NCBI GenBank assembly: GCA_040954595.2 | Contig: JBECUI020000027.1 | Coordinates: 62,001-126,000 of the forward strand | DNA length: 64,000 nucleotides | Source: Balanoglossus misakiensis | Lineage: Eukaryota; Animalia; Hemichordata | Direction of reading: 5' to 3' | Shown here: positions 1 through 11,022 of the stretch, piece by piece | Position numbering within the stretch: position 1 is the first letter of the stretch | How the letters are laid out: every line of letters begins with the position of its first letter | The notes under the pieces: model-generated | What the model was told of the DNA's origin: nothing | Seen by the model: the letters and a program-made list of their open reading frames with translations, nothing else | The model's database searches: none | Translations under genes and position numbers: made by a program

Positions 1-889
1 TCCTTGGCCCATTGGCCCTCAGGTTCAGCGCTAAGCGCCTGCCGTAGCTTTTTGCTTCTAGGATGATTTCAGGCCGTGGTGTAGCTTCACAGGAAGGGAT
101 CTTCATGCGCTTTTCTTGGACCGAGATTGCTGGCGCCAGTATTGACATCTTGTGGTTTTTAGTTGGGTTGATTATTGGGATTTGAATAGTGGGATAGATT
201 CTACATTCGGGGAAGACTCTGCCCGCACTATGGAGATCAACTACCTGCCTCTGTTCGTATATCATATTCATGAATGATAATGAGCTCATGGCAATGCGGT
301 CGGCATCAAATGAGTTCCTGCGCAAGGTCTTCCTACTTAAAATTCCATGGGTTGACGAATATTCTAGAAGGCAAGCAGTCTCAGGGGGATGCCTAGATCC
401 AATACAAAGAAGCGTGAACCAATGGCTCTAATCACGTGCGGAACTCAAACCAGGTAGCGCATAATACGTTTCGCACATTTTTGGAGGGGGTAAAAATTGA
501 TTCCATAAATCTTAAAGGTATGTGATACGTGAGCAACTTATCCTGCTGGATAGCTTTTGAGGACAGGTTTAGTTTGTTCCAAGCACAGCACTATGGGCAG
601 GCAGGTACACGTAGACCGGGCCCTCCTGCTTCAAGGTCTATGCTTAATTCTCCAAGTGTCTTAAGTCTTTTGGCTAGTACTCTCTGTTTTCCTGCTCTCC
701 TTCTATTGGAAGAAAAGAAGAAGTTTCAGCAATGGTTTTTACGACTCTACGTTCCCCCACAGCTATAAAAAGATTGCTAAGATCGGTAAGATAAGAAGAT
801 TCTTCTTATCTACAAAGGTAAAATACGGTTAATCGTAACGTGCATTCGAATAATCCTGCGTATGTAACGAAAATTCTTGAGACGTCAAC

Positions 890-2512
890 ATGGAGAAGAA
901 AGGTACCGGCATGATGGAAACTTTGTATGAAAACGGCAATCTGCTCACCATGGACCCGGAGCATCCTCATGCCGAAGCACTCCTGGTCAGGGGAGAACAC
1001 ATTGTCTACGTTGGAAACAGCAGAACGGCCCAGGGCCTTATGGGGCCTGGAACCTCCCGGGTAGATCTTGCTGGAGACACCCTTATCCCAGGCTTTAACG
1101 ACAACCATATCCATAGCGTATTTGCCGGCCGCCGCTACAGTAGCTTGGATCTTTCAGGTCTGGATCTTTACCAGATCATTGACGCTTTAAAAGATTTCTA
1201 TCCTCAACCCCGTCCAAGACAGCTTCTGGAAGGGGCAAACTGGGACTACCCTTGCTGTCCCCGGCCTGACAAGAGTGCACTAGACCAAGCCTTCCCCCAT
1301 AACCCAGTCATCCTCAGTCAGTATGGGGGGCATGGCATATGGGCAAATTCTCTTGGACTCCGGCTTATGGGTATCTTTCACTGGTCAAAAGATCCCCCAG
1401 GCGGCAAGATCTTCAGAAACGAAGAGGGAGAACCCACTGGTATAGTGCAAGAACCAAAACATATTGGCATGGGGCTCATTCGCCATGCTTTACGGTATTG
1501 GGGGAGGAGATGGGCCTATGAGCAATTGATGGTTTCGTTAAGACTCTTCCGCCAAGTAGGCATTACCAGCGTCCAGGATAATACCTGGTTCCCTCCCCAC
1601 GTTCAGGCCCTTAAGGCTCTGGCTGAGAAGGGACTTTTGACAAGCAGGTTTTCTTGCTGGCATTTGGGAATAGTGCCCCTGCTCGATGCCCTTATGAGAT
1701 TCCAGCAGTTTCGCCCCCCTCTTTATGGCAGAGGCCCGATAAAGTATTTTTTAGATGGGACTTTTTCTTCTCGTAGCGCCTGGCTCACTCAAGACTACAA
1801 TGATAGCCTAGGGAGCTCCGGCCAGGGTAAAAATAGACAGACTATTCTCCGGTGGCTCCGAATTTTGAACAGGCGAGGTCGGCAAGGGGCCTTTCATGCC
1901 ATTGGCGACAGGGCTGTAAAAACTTTTTTAGATGCCTTGGCCATCCTCTATAAACAACACCCCGAAGCTCGGAAGCTCCGCTTCAGGCTGGAACATGCTC
2001 AGCTTATCCGAGAAGAGGATATCCCTAGAATTAGGGACTTTGGGGTCTTGGTCGCCTCCCAACCTCACGCCCTGATCAATCCCCAAAAAGACATCACTCT
2101 GCTGGGAAAAGAACGGGCAGAAAGGGCCTACCCCTACCGAAAACTCTTGGATGCCGGAGTTCCCCTCTCCTTTGGCTCTGACTACCCCGGAGAAGGAAGT
2201 TACTCCCCCTTGAAGGGCATCCGCCTGGCCATTGAGCGTCCTGACTCCCAGGCCATTAGTCCCTACGAGGCCCTGGCTTGCTACACAAAAAATGCAGCTT
2301 ATGCTGAATTTCAGGAAAAACAGAAGGGAATGCTAAAGGCAAACTACCTGGCCGACATGGTTCGACTGGAAAAAGATCTCACGAAGGAACTCCCAGAAGA
2401 GATTGAAAACATCCGAATCATCGAAACCATTTTAGGGGGAAAATGTGTCTACAAGAATCCTTTATCTGCCAAGAGAACCTTGGCAGATAAAGAAAAAACG
2501 GTAGTCTCCTGA
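890..2512 (+). CDS. Amidohydrolase 3 family (YtcJ-like) metal-dependent hydrolase
   Basis: PGFNDNHIH, FLDGT, HAIGDRA, RLEHAQ and SFGSDYP motifs; true start may be ATG at 911 after GAAAGG. Confidence 0.85.
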   Translation: MEKKGTGMMETLYENGNLLTMDPEHPHAEALLVRGEHIVYVGNSRTAQGLMGPGTSRVDLAGDTLIPGFNDNHIHSVFAGRRYSSLDLSGLDLYQIIDALKDFYPQPRPRQLLEGANWDYPCCPRPDKSALDQAFPHNPVILSQYGGHGIWANSLGLRLMGIFHWSKDPPGGKIFRNEEGEPTGIVQEPKHIGMGLIRHALRYWGRRWAYEQLMVSLRLFRQVGITSVQDNTWFPPHVQALKALAEKGLLTSRFSCWHLGIVPLLDALMRFQQFRPPLYGRGPIKYFLDGTFSSRSAWLTQDYNDSLGSSGQGKNRQTILRWLRILNRRGRQGAFHAIGDRAVKTFLDALAILYKQHPEARKLRFRLEHAQLIREEDIPRIRDFGVLVASQPHALINPQKDITLLGKERAERAYPYRKLLDAGVPLSFGSDYPGEGSYSPLKGIRLAIERPDSQAISPYEALACYTKNAAYAEFQEKQKGMLKANYLADMVRLEKDLTKELPEEIENIRIIETILGGKCVYKNPLSAKRTLADKEKTVVS

Positions 2513-2524
2513 ACAGTTTCAGGA
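2507..2524. terminator. Hairpin between convergent amidohydrolase and pntB genes
   Basis: TCCTGAA-cagt-TTCAGGA inverted repeat at the convergent stop codons; no clear U-tract. Confidence 0.35.
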
Positions 2525-2528
2525 CAAC

Positions 2529-3962
2529 CTAGTCTTTAAATTCGGCAACCAGGCCCTGGATGGAGCGTTTGGCGTCACCAAAAAGCATCCGGGTATTCTC
2601 AGCAAAGAAAAGAGGGTTGTCTACCCCTGCAAAACCTGGGTTCAGAGAACGCTTGAACACTATCACTGTCCGGGCCTTGTCCACGTTGATCACTGGCATT
2701 CCAAAAAGGGGAGAAGATTCCTCGGATCGAGCAGCGGGGTTTACCACATCGTTGGCCCCGATGACCAGGACCACATCCACAATCTCCATGGTGGGGTTCA
2801 CATCGTCCATTTCTTTAAGTTGATCGTAGGGGACATCAGCTTCGGCTAGCAGAACATTCATGTGCCCCGGCATGCGCCCGGCTACGGGGTGTATGCCATA
2901 GTTCACCTCGGCACCGTTTTCTTGTAGCAAATCTCCAAGCTCTTTCACCGCATGCTGTGCCTGGGCAACGGCCATACCGTATCCGGGAACCACCAAAACA
3001 TTTCTGGCTGATTCAAGAATAGGATAGGTGTCTTGGATGCTGATGGGCTTGGCATCGCCCTTGAAACCTCCGCCTTTTTGGGAGGAACTCCCGCTGCCGG
3101 AACCAAAACCACTAAACAACACATTAGAAAGAGAACGGTTCATCGCCTTGCACATAATGTTGGTTAGAATGATTCCGCTGGAACCCACCAAGGCTCCCGA
3201 GACAATAAGAACATTGTTTTTAATAACAAATCCCGCAGCACAGGCAGCCATACCGCTATAGGAATTCAAAAGACTGATAACCACCGGCATATCCCCACCG
3301 CCAATGGGGATAACCACCAACACCCCTAAGACCAGACTGAAGCCGACCAGGACCAGCAGAACCGTATAGATTTCCAGAAAGGACAGGGCCGCCCCGGGGC
3401 CTAAGAAAGGGCTTCCAAAGGACAAAAGTAGGGCCGATCCAACAATAAGGAGAAGCACAAGGGCGTTGACAACTTGCTGCCCACTGTACAAAAAGGGTTT
3501 GGAGGAGAACTTCTCCGAAAGTTTCCCCCAAGCTACTACAGAACCGGTAAAAGTGACTCCCCCAATAAGGATGGTAAGGGCAATGATGAGTAGACTTCCT
3601 CCGTTAACTGCGGCGATTTCCCCAGCCGTGTAGATCCTCTGGAATTCGCCCCAACCCACGAGAAGGCTGGCAATACCTCCAAAGCCATTGAAAAGAGCCA
3701 CCATCTCGGGCATGGCCGTCATGGCTACCAGTCTGGCGGCCAGAGCCCCGATAACCGTACCTGCTGCCAATCCCACGAGGATAAATGGCCAGTGAATCAA
3801 ACTGTCCGAAGCCAAAGCAGTGAGGATGGCCAGAAGCATCCCAATTGAAGAGATACGGTTCCCCCGGCGAGCGGTGGCCGATTTGCCTAGCATTTTCAGT
3901 CCGAATACAAAAAGAATAGCGCTGATAATGTAAAGAAAATTCTGGATATCCGGAGTAATCAT
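2529..3962 (-). CDS. pntB: NAD(P) transhydrogenase subunit beta
   Basis: MPEMVALFNGFGG, IGGGDMPVVISLLNSYSG, PGYGMAVAQAQ, HPVAGRMPGHMNVLLAEA motifs. Confidence 0.97.
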   Translation of the reverse strand: MITPDIQNFLYIISAILFVFGLKMLGKSATARRGNRISSIGMLLAILTALASDSLIHWPFILVGLAAGTVIGALAARLVAMTAMPEMVALFNGFGGIASLLVGWGEFQRIYTAGEIAAVNGGSLLIIALTILIGGVTFTGSVVAWGKLSEKFSSKPFLYSGQQVVNALVLLLIVGSALLLSFGSPFLGPGAALSFLEIYTVLLVLVGFSLVLGVLVVIPIGGGDMPVVISLLNSYSGMAACAAGFVIKNNVLIVSGALVGSSGIILTNIMCKAMNRSLSNVLFSGFGSGSGSSSQKGGGFKGDAKPISIQDTYPILESARNVLVVPGYGMAVAQAQHAVKELGDLLQENGAEVNYGIHPVAGRMPGHMNVLLAEADVPYDQLKEMDDVNPTMEIVDVVLVIGANDVVNPAARSEESSPLFGMPVINVDKARTVIVFKRSLNPGFAGVDNPLFFAENTRMLFGDAKRSIQGLVAEFKD

Positions 3963-4270
3963 TTCCGACCCTCCGAAGTTTTGCTTGAGTTCCCAAACAT
4001 CCCCAGCATGCGGTCAGTAACCAGGTAGCCCCCGACAACATTAATCGTAGCAAAGGTAACAGCCAAAGTTCCCATAATCGTTCGGAGCGGATCAGCCTGG
4101 ATGCTCCAGACCCCAAGCAGACTGATCAGGGCTCCCACAATAGTAATGCCACTAATGGCATTGGAACCGGACATCAACGGTGTATGAAGCTGGCTGGGCA
4201 CCTTGGCGATCAACTCAAACCCCAGAAAAGTGGCAAGAACCAGAACAAAGATCAACATGATTCCCATCAT
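3959..4270 (-). CDS. pntAb: NAD(P) transhydrogenase alpha subunit part 2 (membrane)
   Basis: LHTPLMSGSNAISGI and INVVGGYLVTDRML motifs; 4-bp overlaps with both neighbours. Confidence 0.93.
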   Translation of the reverse strand: MMGIMLIFVLVLATFLGFELIAKVPSQLHTPLMSGSNAISGITIVGALISLLGVWSIQADPLRTIMGTLAVTFATINVVGGYLVTDRMLGMFGNSSKTSEGRK

Positions 4271-5400
4271 AGGACTCCTTCATAAAACTTTTTAATAGCG
4301 GGGTGAATGATTTCTCCGTTATGAACAACCAAAGAACCTGCCAGAATCTCATCATTTATATTAAGGCTTAAACCCTTCTTCTCAGCGTCCCAGAAATGCG
4401 TTAACAGGTTTACCTGATTACCCGCATACAAGAGGCTGGCGTGGGTCGCTACCTCGCCAGCAAGATTGTCCATTCCAATAATGCGCACCCCATTGACGAG
4501 AACTTCCTGATCCACAACGGTTCCTGCCACGTTTCCCCCACTCCCAGCGGCCAAGTCAACGACAACGGAACCGGGTTTCATGCCTTTTACCATGTCGGCG
4601 GTAATGATTATCGGTGCTTTTCTGCCGAAAATCTTGGCCGTGGTAATAACAATGTCTGAAAGAGCACAGTGTTTAGCCATGACTTCTCGCTGCTTGAGCA
4701 GCTGCTCTTCAGTAAGTGCCTTAGCATAGCCATCCTTTGTTTGGCCGGTCTCTCCCAGATCCACCTTAACAAATTTTGCCCCTAGAGATTGAACCTGCTC
4801 TTCCACCACAGGCCGGGTATCAAAGGCCTCCACCCGGCCCCCTAAACGGCGGGCCGTGGCAATGGCCTGAAGGCCTGCCACTCCTGCACCAATAACAAAA
4901 ATCCTGGCTGGGCTCAAGGTCCCTGCCGGGGTCATCATCATTGGAATAACCGTGCTCAACCTCTCGGCTGCCTTGAGAACCGCCACATACCCTGCCAGGC
5001 TGGCTTGGGAGCTTATGGCATCCATCTTCTGAGCCAGGGTGGTTCGGGGAATCATTTCCATGCTAAGGGCAGAGATGCCCAATCCAGCATATTTTTCCAC
5101 AAGTTCCCGATTGTTGTAGGGGTCAAGAAAACTAATATGAAGACTGCCCGATTTCATCCAGGCCACCTCTTCTGGGGTAGAGGGGTTGAGCCTGAGAACC
5201 ACATCGGCTCGACTATAAATCTTTGCTCTATCGGCTTCTACCACCGCCCCGGCCTCTTTGAAAGCGTCATCGCTGAAGTGACTGGAAAGTCCCGTCTCTA
5301 CAACAACTTCCCCTCCCTCTAAGGCCTTGAGTTTCCGCACCATCTCAGGAACAAGCGCCGAGCGAGAATCATGAGGTTCTTTGGGCGCTACGATAATCAT
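4267..5400 (-). CDS. pntAa: NAD(P) transhydrogenase alpha subunit part 1 (NAD-binding)
   Basis: PRTTLAQKMDAISSQ, GAGVAGLQAIATARRLG, DLAAGSGGN motifs. Confidence 0.95.
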   Translation of the reverse strand: MIIVAPKEPHDSRSALVPEMVRKLKALEGGEVVVETGLSSHFSDDAFKEAGAVVEADRAKIYSRADVVLRLNPSTPEEVAWMKSGSLHISFLDPYNNRELVEKYAGLGISALSMEMIPRTTLAQKMDAISSQASLAGYVAVLKAAERLSTVIPMMMTPAGTLSPARIFVIGAGVAGLQAIATARRLGGRVEAFDTRPVVEEQVQSLGAKFVKVDLGETGQTKDGYAKALTEEQLLKQREVMAKHCALSDIVITTAKIFGRKAPIIITADMVKGMKPGSVVVDLAAGSGGNVAGTVVDQEVLVNGVRIIGMDNLAGEVATHASLLYAGNQVNLLTHFWDAEKKGLSLNINDEILAGSLVVHNGEIIHPAIKKFYEGVL

Positions 5401-5647
5401 AAGGATCCTCTTTTATTGTATAGAATTGTGGCAGTCAGTATAAAGGAGAAACCTATTTTTGACAAGAATATAAGAGCAAATAAGGAAGAAAGGAATTGAG
5501 AGTCTCACTATAAGCCGCAAGTGACTTGCTCAAGGCAGGATTTTTGGGCACAGAGAATTTTTAAAAGAAGTTTCAGGTCTTAGAGAATTGCACTCCCCTG
5601 GGGGTTTCGGGTAAGCTTAAGCGACTCCAGGACTAGATATTTATTTT

Positions 5648-7888
5648 TTGTCAAAAAAAAGGATAAACATGGAACATAAAATTATTTATACCCTTACCGA
5701 TGAGGCACCCTTTCTGGCAACAAGCTCTCTGCTCCCTCTGATACGGGCCTTCACTAAGTCAGCAAGAATCAATATCGAAACCAAGGATATTTCTCTGGCA
5801 GGCAGAATTCTGGCAAAATTTTCAGACTACCTACCTGGAGACAAAAGGGTTCCCGATGCCCTGACCGAATTAGAAAATTTGGTTAAAAGACCTGAAACCA
5901 ACATAATAAAACTTCCCAATATCAGCGCTTCTATTCCTCAAATCAAAGCGGCCATACAGGAGCTTCAGAACCAGGGATACCCCCTTCCTGACTACCCTGA
6001 TGAGGCTCTTAGCAGCCAAGAAAAAAAAATAAAAAACCTTTATGACCAGGTAAAGGGTAGTGCCGTCAACCCCGTCATCAGGGAAGGCAACTCCGACAGG
6101 AGAGTCGCTAAAGCGGTTAAGGCCTATGCAAAAAAGCATCCTCACAGCATGGGAACCTGGGTACCGCACTCCAAAACTCATGTTGCCAGCATGAGCTCCG
6201 GAGATTTTTACGGCAGTGAAAAATCCATTACCCTGCACCAAGAAACCCAAGCTTGTGTAGAGTTTGTTGGAGAGGATGGATTGTCTACCAAACTCAGAGA
6301 GGGCCTCCGTTTACTCGCTGGGGAAATTGTTGATGCCGCCGTCATGAACCGTAAGGCTCTGCGAAACTTTATTAAGGAAGAAATTCGGAAGGCCAAAGAG
6401 GAGAAGGTTCTTTTTTCTGTTCACCTTAAAGCTACCATGATGAAGGTTTCCGATCCTCTAATCTTTGGTTCTGTGGTTTCGGTTTTTTTCCATAAGGTTT
6501 TTGAAAAGCATCGTCAGGTTTTCGACGAGTTGAAAATCAAGGTCGACAACGGCTTGGGAGACTTGCTCGCCAAGATTCAAAACCTTCCGGAAAATCAAAG
6601 GAAGGAAATAGAAGAAGATATTCAGAAATGCTATGAACATGGCCCTGAACTGGCTATGGTAAATTCAGACAAGGGTATCACCAACCTTCATGTACCCAGC
6701 GATGTTATTATTGATGCTTCTATGCCCTCGGTCATACGGAACTCGGGACAGATGCTAGGCCGGGATGGGCAATGGAAAGATGTAAAAGCTCTTATTCCCG
6801 ACCGTAGCTATGCAGGAGTCTATCAAACTACCATCGATTACTGTAAAGAAAAGGGAACATTTGATCCCACCTCCATGGGAAACGTCTCCAATGTGGGGCT
6901 TATGGCCCAGAAGGCCGAAGAATACGGTTCTCATGACAAAACCTTTGAAGCCCCTGCCTCAGGAAGGTTCCTGGTAAAAGACTCCGCCGGGAACATTCTG
7001 TTGGAACAGCCCGCTGAGAAAGGGGATATCTTCCGGATGTGTCAGGTAAAAGATGCCCCCATCCGCGATTGGGTAAAACTAGCCTTAAGTCGAGCCAAGA
7101 GCACCGGGGCTCCGGCAGTTTTCTGGTTAGATAAAAACCGCCCCCACGATGCCAGGCTTATAGAGAAAGTGGAGCTCTACTTGCAGGAATCTGATACTGC
7201 CAATTTGGAAATCCATATTATGCCTCCCCAAGAAGCCACTCGTTACACCCTGCAACGATTGAGCCAGGGTCTAGACAGCATTTCGGTAACTGGCAATGTC
7301 CTTAGAGACTACCTTACCGACCTCTTTCCCATTCTGGAACTGGGAACCAGTGCAAAGATGCTTTCCATTGTGCCTCTGATGGAAGGGGGAGGTCTTTTTG
7401 AAACTGGCGCCGGGGGATCAGCTCCAAAGCATGTTCAGCAGTTTATGGAAGAAGGACATCTACGCTGGGACTCCCTGGGAGAATTTCTGGCACTGGCGGT
7501 TTCCCTGGAACATTTGTCTCGTTTCTCTCAAAACCCCAAGGCTCAGGTTCTGGCTGAAACCTTGGATCAGGCCACGGAACTTCTCTTGGTAGATCAGAAG
7601 TCCCCTTCAAGAAAAGTGGGAGAATTAGATAACCGAGGAAGCCATTTCTATCTGGCTCTCTACTGGGCCAGGTACCTGGCTGACCAAAGTCAGGACCCGG
7701 AACTGCAAAAACGCTTTTCTCCTCTGGCTGATGCTCTGAGTAAGAATGAACAAAACATTGCGACTGAGCTCCTGGAAGTCCAGGGAAGACCCGTAGACTT
7801 GGGAGGTTATTATCGACCTAACCTAGAGCTAGTCAATGTTGCCATGCGGCCTAGCAAAAATTTTAATAAAATTCTTAATAACTTTTAA
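5648..7888 (+). CDS. icd: Monomeric NADP-dependent isocitrate dehydrogenase
   Basis: [60 protein letters not shown]; ~740 aa; likely start ATG 5669. Confidence 0.97.
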   Translation: MSKKRINMEHKIIYTLTDEAPFLATSSLLPLIRAFTKSARINIETKDISLAGRILAKFSDYLPGDKRVPDALTELENLVKRPETNIIKLPNISASIPQIKAAIQELQNQGYPLPDYPDEALSSQEKKIKNLYDQVKGSAVNPVIREGNSDRRVAKAVKAYAKKHPHSMGTWVPHSKTHVASMSSGDFYGSEKSITLHQETQACVEFVGEDGLSTKLREGLRLLAGEIVDAAVMNRKALRNFIKEEIRKAKEEKVLFSVHLKATMMKVSDPLIFGSVVSVFFHKVFEKHRQVFDELKIKVDNGLGDLLAKIQNLPENQRKEIEEDIQKCYEHGPELAMVNSDKGITNLHVPSDVIIDASMPSVIRNSGQMLGRDGQWKDVKALIPDRSYAGVYQTTIDYCKEKGTFDPTSMGNVSNVGLMAQKAEEYGSHDKTFEAPASGRFLVKDSAGNILLEQPAEKGDIFRMCQVKDAPIRDWVKLALSRAKSTGAPAVFWLDKNRPHDARLIEKVELYLQESDTANLEIHIMPPQEATRYTLQRLSQGLDSISVTGNVLRDYLTDLFPILELGTSAKMLSIVPLMEGGGLFETGAGGSAPKHVQQFMEEGHLRWDSLGEFLALAVSLEHLSRFSQNPKAQVLAETLDQATELLLVDQKSPSRKVGELDNRGSHFYLALYWARYLADQSQDPELQKRFSPLADALSKNEQNIATELLEVQGRPVDLGGYYRPNLELVNVAMRPSKNFNKILNNF

Positions 7889-8124
7889 ATTCCTCGCATA
7901 AGATGGGGCTGATCACTGAGGAAAACCAGAAAGCGAGAGACCCATAAGAAGTTGCCAAGGGAGTCCGAGTGGGGGGAAGGCAGCAGGATTTTTTGTTATT
8001 TTCTCACTTAACTTTAGAATAAACTCCAAAATTAAGCCTTTTTATACAAATTCTCTTCAAACAACGCATAGGGGAAATATTCCTACTTAAACTCCCAGAC
8101 ATATTGGTTCCATAAGCATTTATA

Positions 8125-8153
8125 TTGACAGAAACCAAATTTTCACATAAAGT
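8125..8153 (+). promoter_or_regulatory. Candidate sigma70 promoter for the sugar ABC operon
   Basis: TTGACA-N17-TAAAGT about 40 bp upstream of the CDS at 8195. Confidence 0.5.
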
Positions 8154-8194
8154 CAAACCATCCTGTTTTTTAAAAATTGCAAGTTGGTTGAACT

Positions 8195-9742
8195 TTGGAA
8201 GAACTAATCCTTTCCATGCACAATATAGATAAGCGATTCTCAGGAGTTCATGCTCTCAAAAGAGTGAATTTTGATTTGCGTCGAGGTGAGATTCATGCTT
8301 TGGTTGGGGAAAACGGTGCTGGAAAATCAACCCTCATGAAAACGCTGACGGGAATATATGCCAAGGATTCCGGCGAAATCCACTACATGGGCAAGCTATC
8401 AAATCCTCGAAGGCCAGAGGAAGCCCTTCAGATGGGCATAGGTATCATCCATCAGGAACTCAACATGATGGACCATCTGACGGTGGCGCAGAACATTTTT
8501 ATCGGACGGGAACCCCTTCGCGGAAGATCTTTCTTTCTTGATGAAAAACGACTCAATCGACAGACCTCGGAATTGTTAAGCACCCTGAACATGGACATAG
8601 ACCCTAAAGTCACTTTAGGGAAACTCACGGTGGGAAAGCAGCAGATGGTAGAAATCGCCAAGGCGGTTTCCCACGAACTGCGTATTCTGATTTTGGATGA
8701 ACCCAGTGCAGCCCTTACGGAAACCGAGATAGAAGAACTCTTCGCCATCATGCGGAAATTGAGCTCCAGAGGAGTGGGAATGATTTACATTTCTCACCGC
8801 ATGAATGAGATTGGCAGAGTAACAGACCGTGTGACAGTAATGCGGGATGGTGAATCCATCGGGACCGGTAAAACAACTGAGTTGTCCACAGAAAACATTA
8901 TTAAAATGATGGTAGGCCGGGTCATCTATGAGAAACCCAAGGAGAAGAGCCAGGTTTCAAGTAAGGCCGAAACAATTTTGAAAGTTGAGAATCTCAATGC
9001 TGGTAAACTGGTTAAGGATGTCAGCTTTGAACTCAGAAAAGGAGAAATTCTTGGTTTTGCCGGTTTGATGGGTGCTGGAAGAACCGAAACTGCCAGGGCC
9101 CTGTTTGGAGCCGATAAAATAGAAAGCGGTGTTATTTATCTTAAAGGACACCCCATCCACATCACCTCTCCGGGGGATGCCGTATCCCATGGCATAGGCT
9201 ACCTCTCGGAAGATCGCAAACGTTTTGGTCTAGCTGTTAACCTCAGCGTTAAAGATAACGCCATTTTAGCCTCCTATCAGGATTTCGATCAGAGCCTCGT
9301 ACTTCCCAGGGAAGAAATAGAAAAAATAGTCACAGACTACATTACAAAGCTGAATGTAAAGACCCCCTCTCTGCATCAGTTGCTGAAAAACCTCTCTGGA
9401 GGAAACCAACAAAAGATAGTTATTGCTAAATGGCTCATAAAAAACAGCGATATTCTCATTTTTGACGAACCTACCCGAGGCATTGATATCGGGGCTAAAA
9501 GCGAGATCTACACCCTGATGAACGAACTCATCAAGGAGGGTAAATCCATTATTATGATCTCATCGGAACTGCCTGAGATCTTAAGAATGAGCGACAGAAT
9601 CATCGTAATGTGTGAGGGACGCATCACCGGGACCTTAGATATTGAGAATGCTAGCCAGGAAGCAATTATGAACTATGCCACCATGAGGAATGGAGATCTG
9701 GAAGATGGACAGAGAAATGATCACGATAGAGAAATTCAATAG
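8195..9742 (+). CDS. Monosaccharide (CUT2) ABC transporter ATP-binding protein
   Basis: GENGAGKST Walker A, LDEP, LSGGNQQK; two-domain RbsA/MglA architecture. Confidence 0.95.
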   Translation: MEELILSMHNIDKRFSGVHALKRVNFDLRRGEIHALVGENGAGKSTLMKTLTGIYAKDSGEIHYMGKLSNPRRPEEALQMGIGIIHQELNMMDHLTVAQNIFIGREPLRGRSFFLDEKRLNRQTSELLSTLNMDIDPKVTLGKLTVGKQQMVEIAKAVSHELRILILDEPSAALTETEIEELFAIMRKLSSRGVGMIYISHRMNEIGRVTDRVTVMRDGESIGTGKTTELSTENIIKMMVGRVIYEKPKEKSQVSSKAETILKVENLNAGKLVKDVSFELRKGEILGFAGLMGAGRTETARALFGADKIESGVIYLKGHPIHITSPGDAVSHGIGYLSEDRKRFGLAVNLSVKDNAILASYQDFDQSLVLPREEIEKIVTDYITKLNVKTPSLHQLLKNLSGGNQQKIVIAKWLIKNSDILIFDEPTRGIDIGAKSEIYTLMNELIKEGKSIIMISSELPEILRMSDRIIVMCEGRITGTLDIENASQEAIMNYATMRNGDLEDGQRNDHDREIQ

Positions 9743-10976
9743 CGCTGGCCTTCAGCGTTTTCTGGCCCCGGCGGCCCTGGTTATCCTCTTTATTTTCTTT
9801 GGAATTTTTGGTAGGAACTTTTTTTCCTTTACCACAGTCGTTAACATTCTCGACTCCTCATACTATATAGGTTTTATTGCCATAGGTGTGACCTTTGTTA
9901 TTATTTCCGGTGGTATAGATCTTTCCTGTGGTACCGTGATGATGAGTGCGGCCATTATTGGAGGTACAGCTTTTAAGTCATGGAACTGGCCTCTGTGGCT
10001 AGCCCTATTGCTTATTCTTGTTGTAGGGACGGCCTACGGTTTTTTTAATGGTATACTCGTCTCTCGGCTCAAACTACCACCTTTTATTGCCACTCTGGGT
10101 ACCATGATGATTTCCATGGGGATAGGCTCCATAGTTTCCAATGTTCGAAGTGCCACCTACCCCACCAGAGCCTCCGAGGATGGTTGGTTCAAAAGTATAT
10201 TCAAGTTCATTACTCCTGAAAAGAACTCCATCCCCACCGGTGCCATCGTGCTGTTTGGTACAACCTTTATTGCCTGGCTCATCCTGCACAAGACAAAGAT
10301 GGGACGATATATCTTTGCTATAGGCAGCAACAAGGAAGCGGCCAGGCTTTCAGGGGTTAATGTGAAGAAATGGGAAATGATGGCCTATGTGGTTAGCGGC
10401 TTCCTAGCTGGCATAGGTGGCATTGCTTTTGCAGCCGTTTACACCACAGTGATGCCTGCCCAGGGGCAGGGCTTTGAGCTGTATGCCATTGCGGGGGCAG
10501 TCATTGGGGGGACTTCTCTTTCAGGGGGAGTGGGATCTGTAGTCGGCACTCTCATAGGCGTTTATATAATGAGCGTTCTACGAGTGGGACTGCCGTCCAT
10601 GGATCTGCAGGCCCACTACCAGACCTTCTTCACAGGAGTCGTTGTTATTGGTGCTGTACTGCTTGATATCTATCGAAATGAAAAGGCCTCGGAGGTTAAA
10701 ATATTTACCCCGGCTGACATGTACCGCATGAACGCAAACAAAAAAATCTTTGAATTAAAGCAGGAACTTGCTGTCGCAGAGAAGACAGAGACCATCGGAA
10801 ACATCCAGAGGCAGATTGCCGAAACAAAAAAAGCACTCACTACAACATACCCAAAGATGAAGAAGGATGAAAAAGCCGAAAAGGCCCGTATCCTGGCCGA
10901 AGAGAGGGCCACAGAAAAAGAGTTTCATAGGCAACTTAAGAAAAAAAAGAAGGTCCTGAATAAGGAAGAGTTCTAA
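9690..10976 (+). CDS. Monosaccharide ABC permease with charged C-terminal extension
   Basis: GGIDLS, PPFIATLG, GSNKEAARLSG, IAGAVIGGTSLSGG; likely start ATG 9717. Confidence 0.92.
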   Translation: MEIWKMDREMITIEKFNSAGLQRFLAPAALVILFIFFGIFGRNFFSFTTVVNILDSSYYIGFIAIGVTFVIISGGIDLSCGTVMMSAAIIGGTAFKSWNWPLWLALLLILVVGTAYGFFNGILVSRLKLPPFIATLGTMMISMGIGSIVSNVRSATYPTRASEDGWFKSIFKFITPEKNSIPTGAIVLFGTTFIAWLILHKTKMGRYIFAIGSNKEAARLSGVNVKKWEMMAYVVSGFLAGIGGIAFAAVYTTVMPAQGQGFELYAIAGAVIGGTSLSGGVGSVVGTLIGVYIMSVLRVGLPSMDLQAHYQTFFTGVVVIGAVLLDIYRNEKASEVKIFTPADMYRMNANKKIFELKQELAVAEKTETIGNIQRQIAETKKALTTTYPKMKKDEKAEKARILAEERATEKEFHRQLKKKKKVLNKEEF

Positions 10977-11022
10977 AATGATTAATCCCCCAAGTATAGG
11001 GGGAAAAAAATGGAGGTAATCA

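Noticed and set aside
1-500. Minus-strand fragment with MIYEQR, reminiscent of IstB-like ATPases
   Set aside because: Single short motif in broken frames; insufficient support
7890-8000. Hammerhead-like CTGAGGA...GAAA downstream of icd
   Set aside because: No adequate stem II or flanking stems
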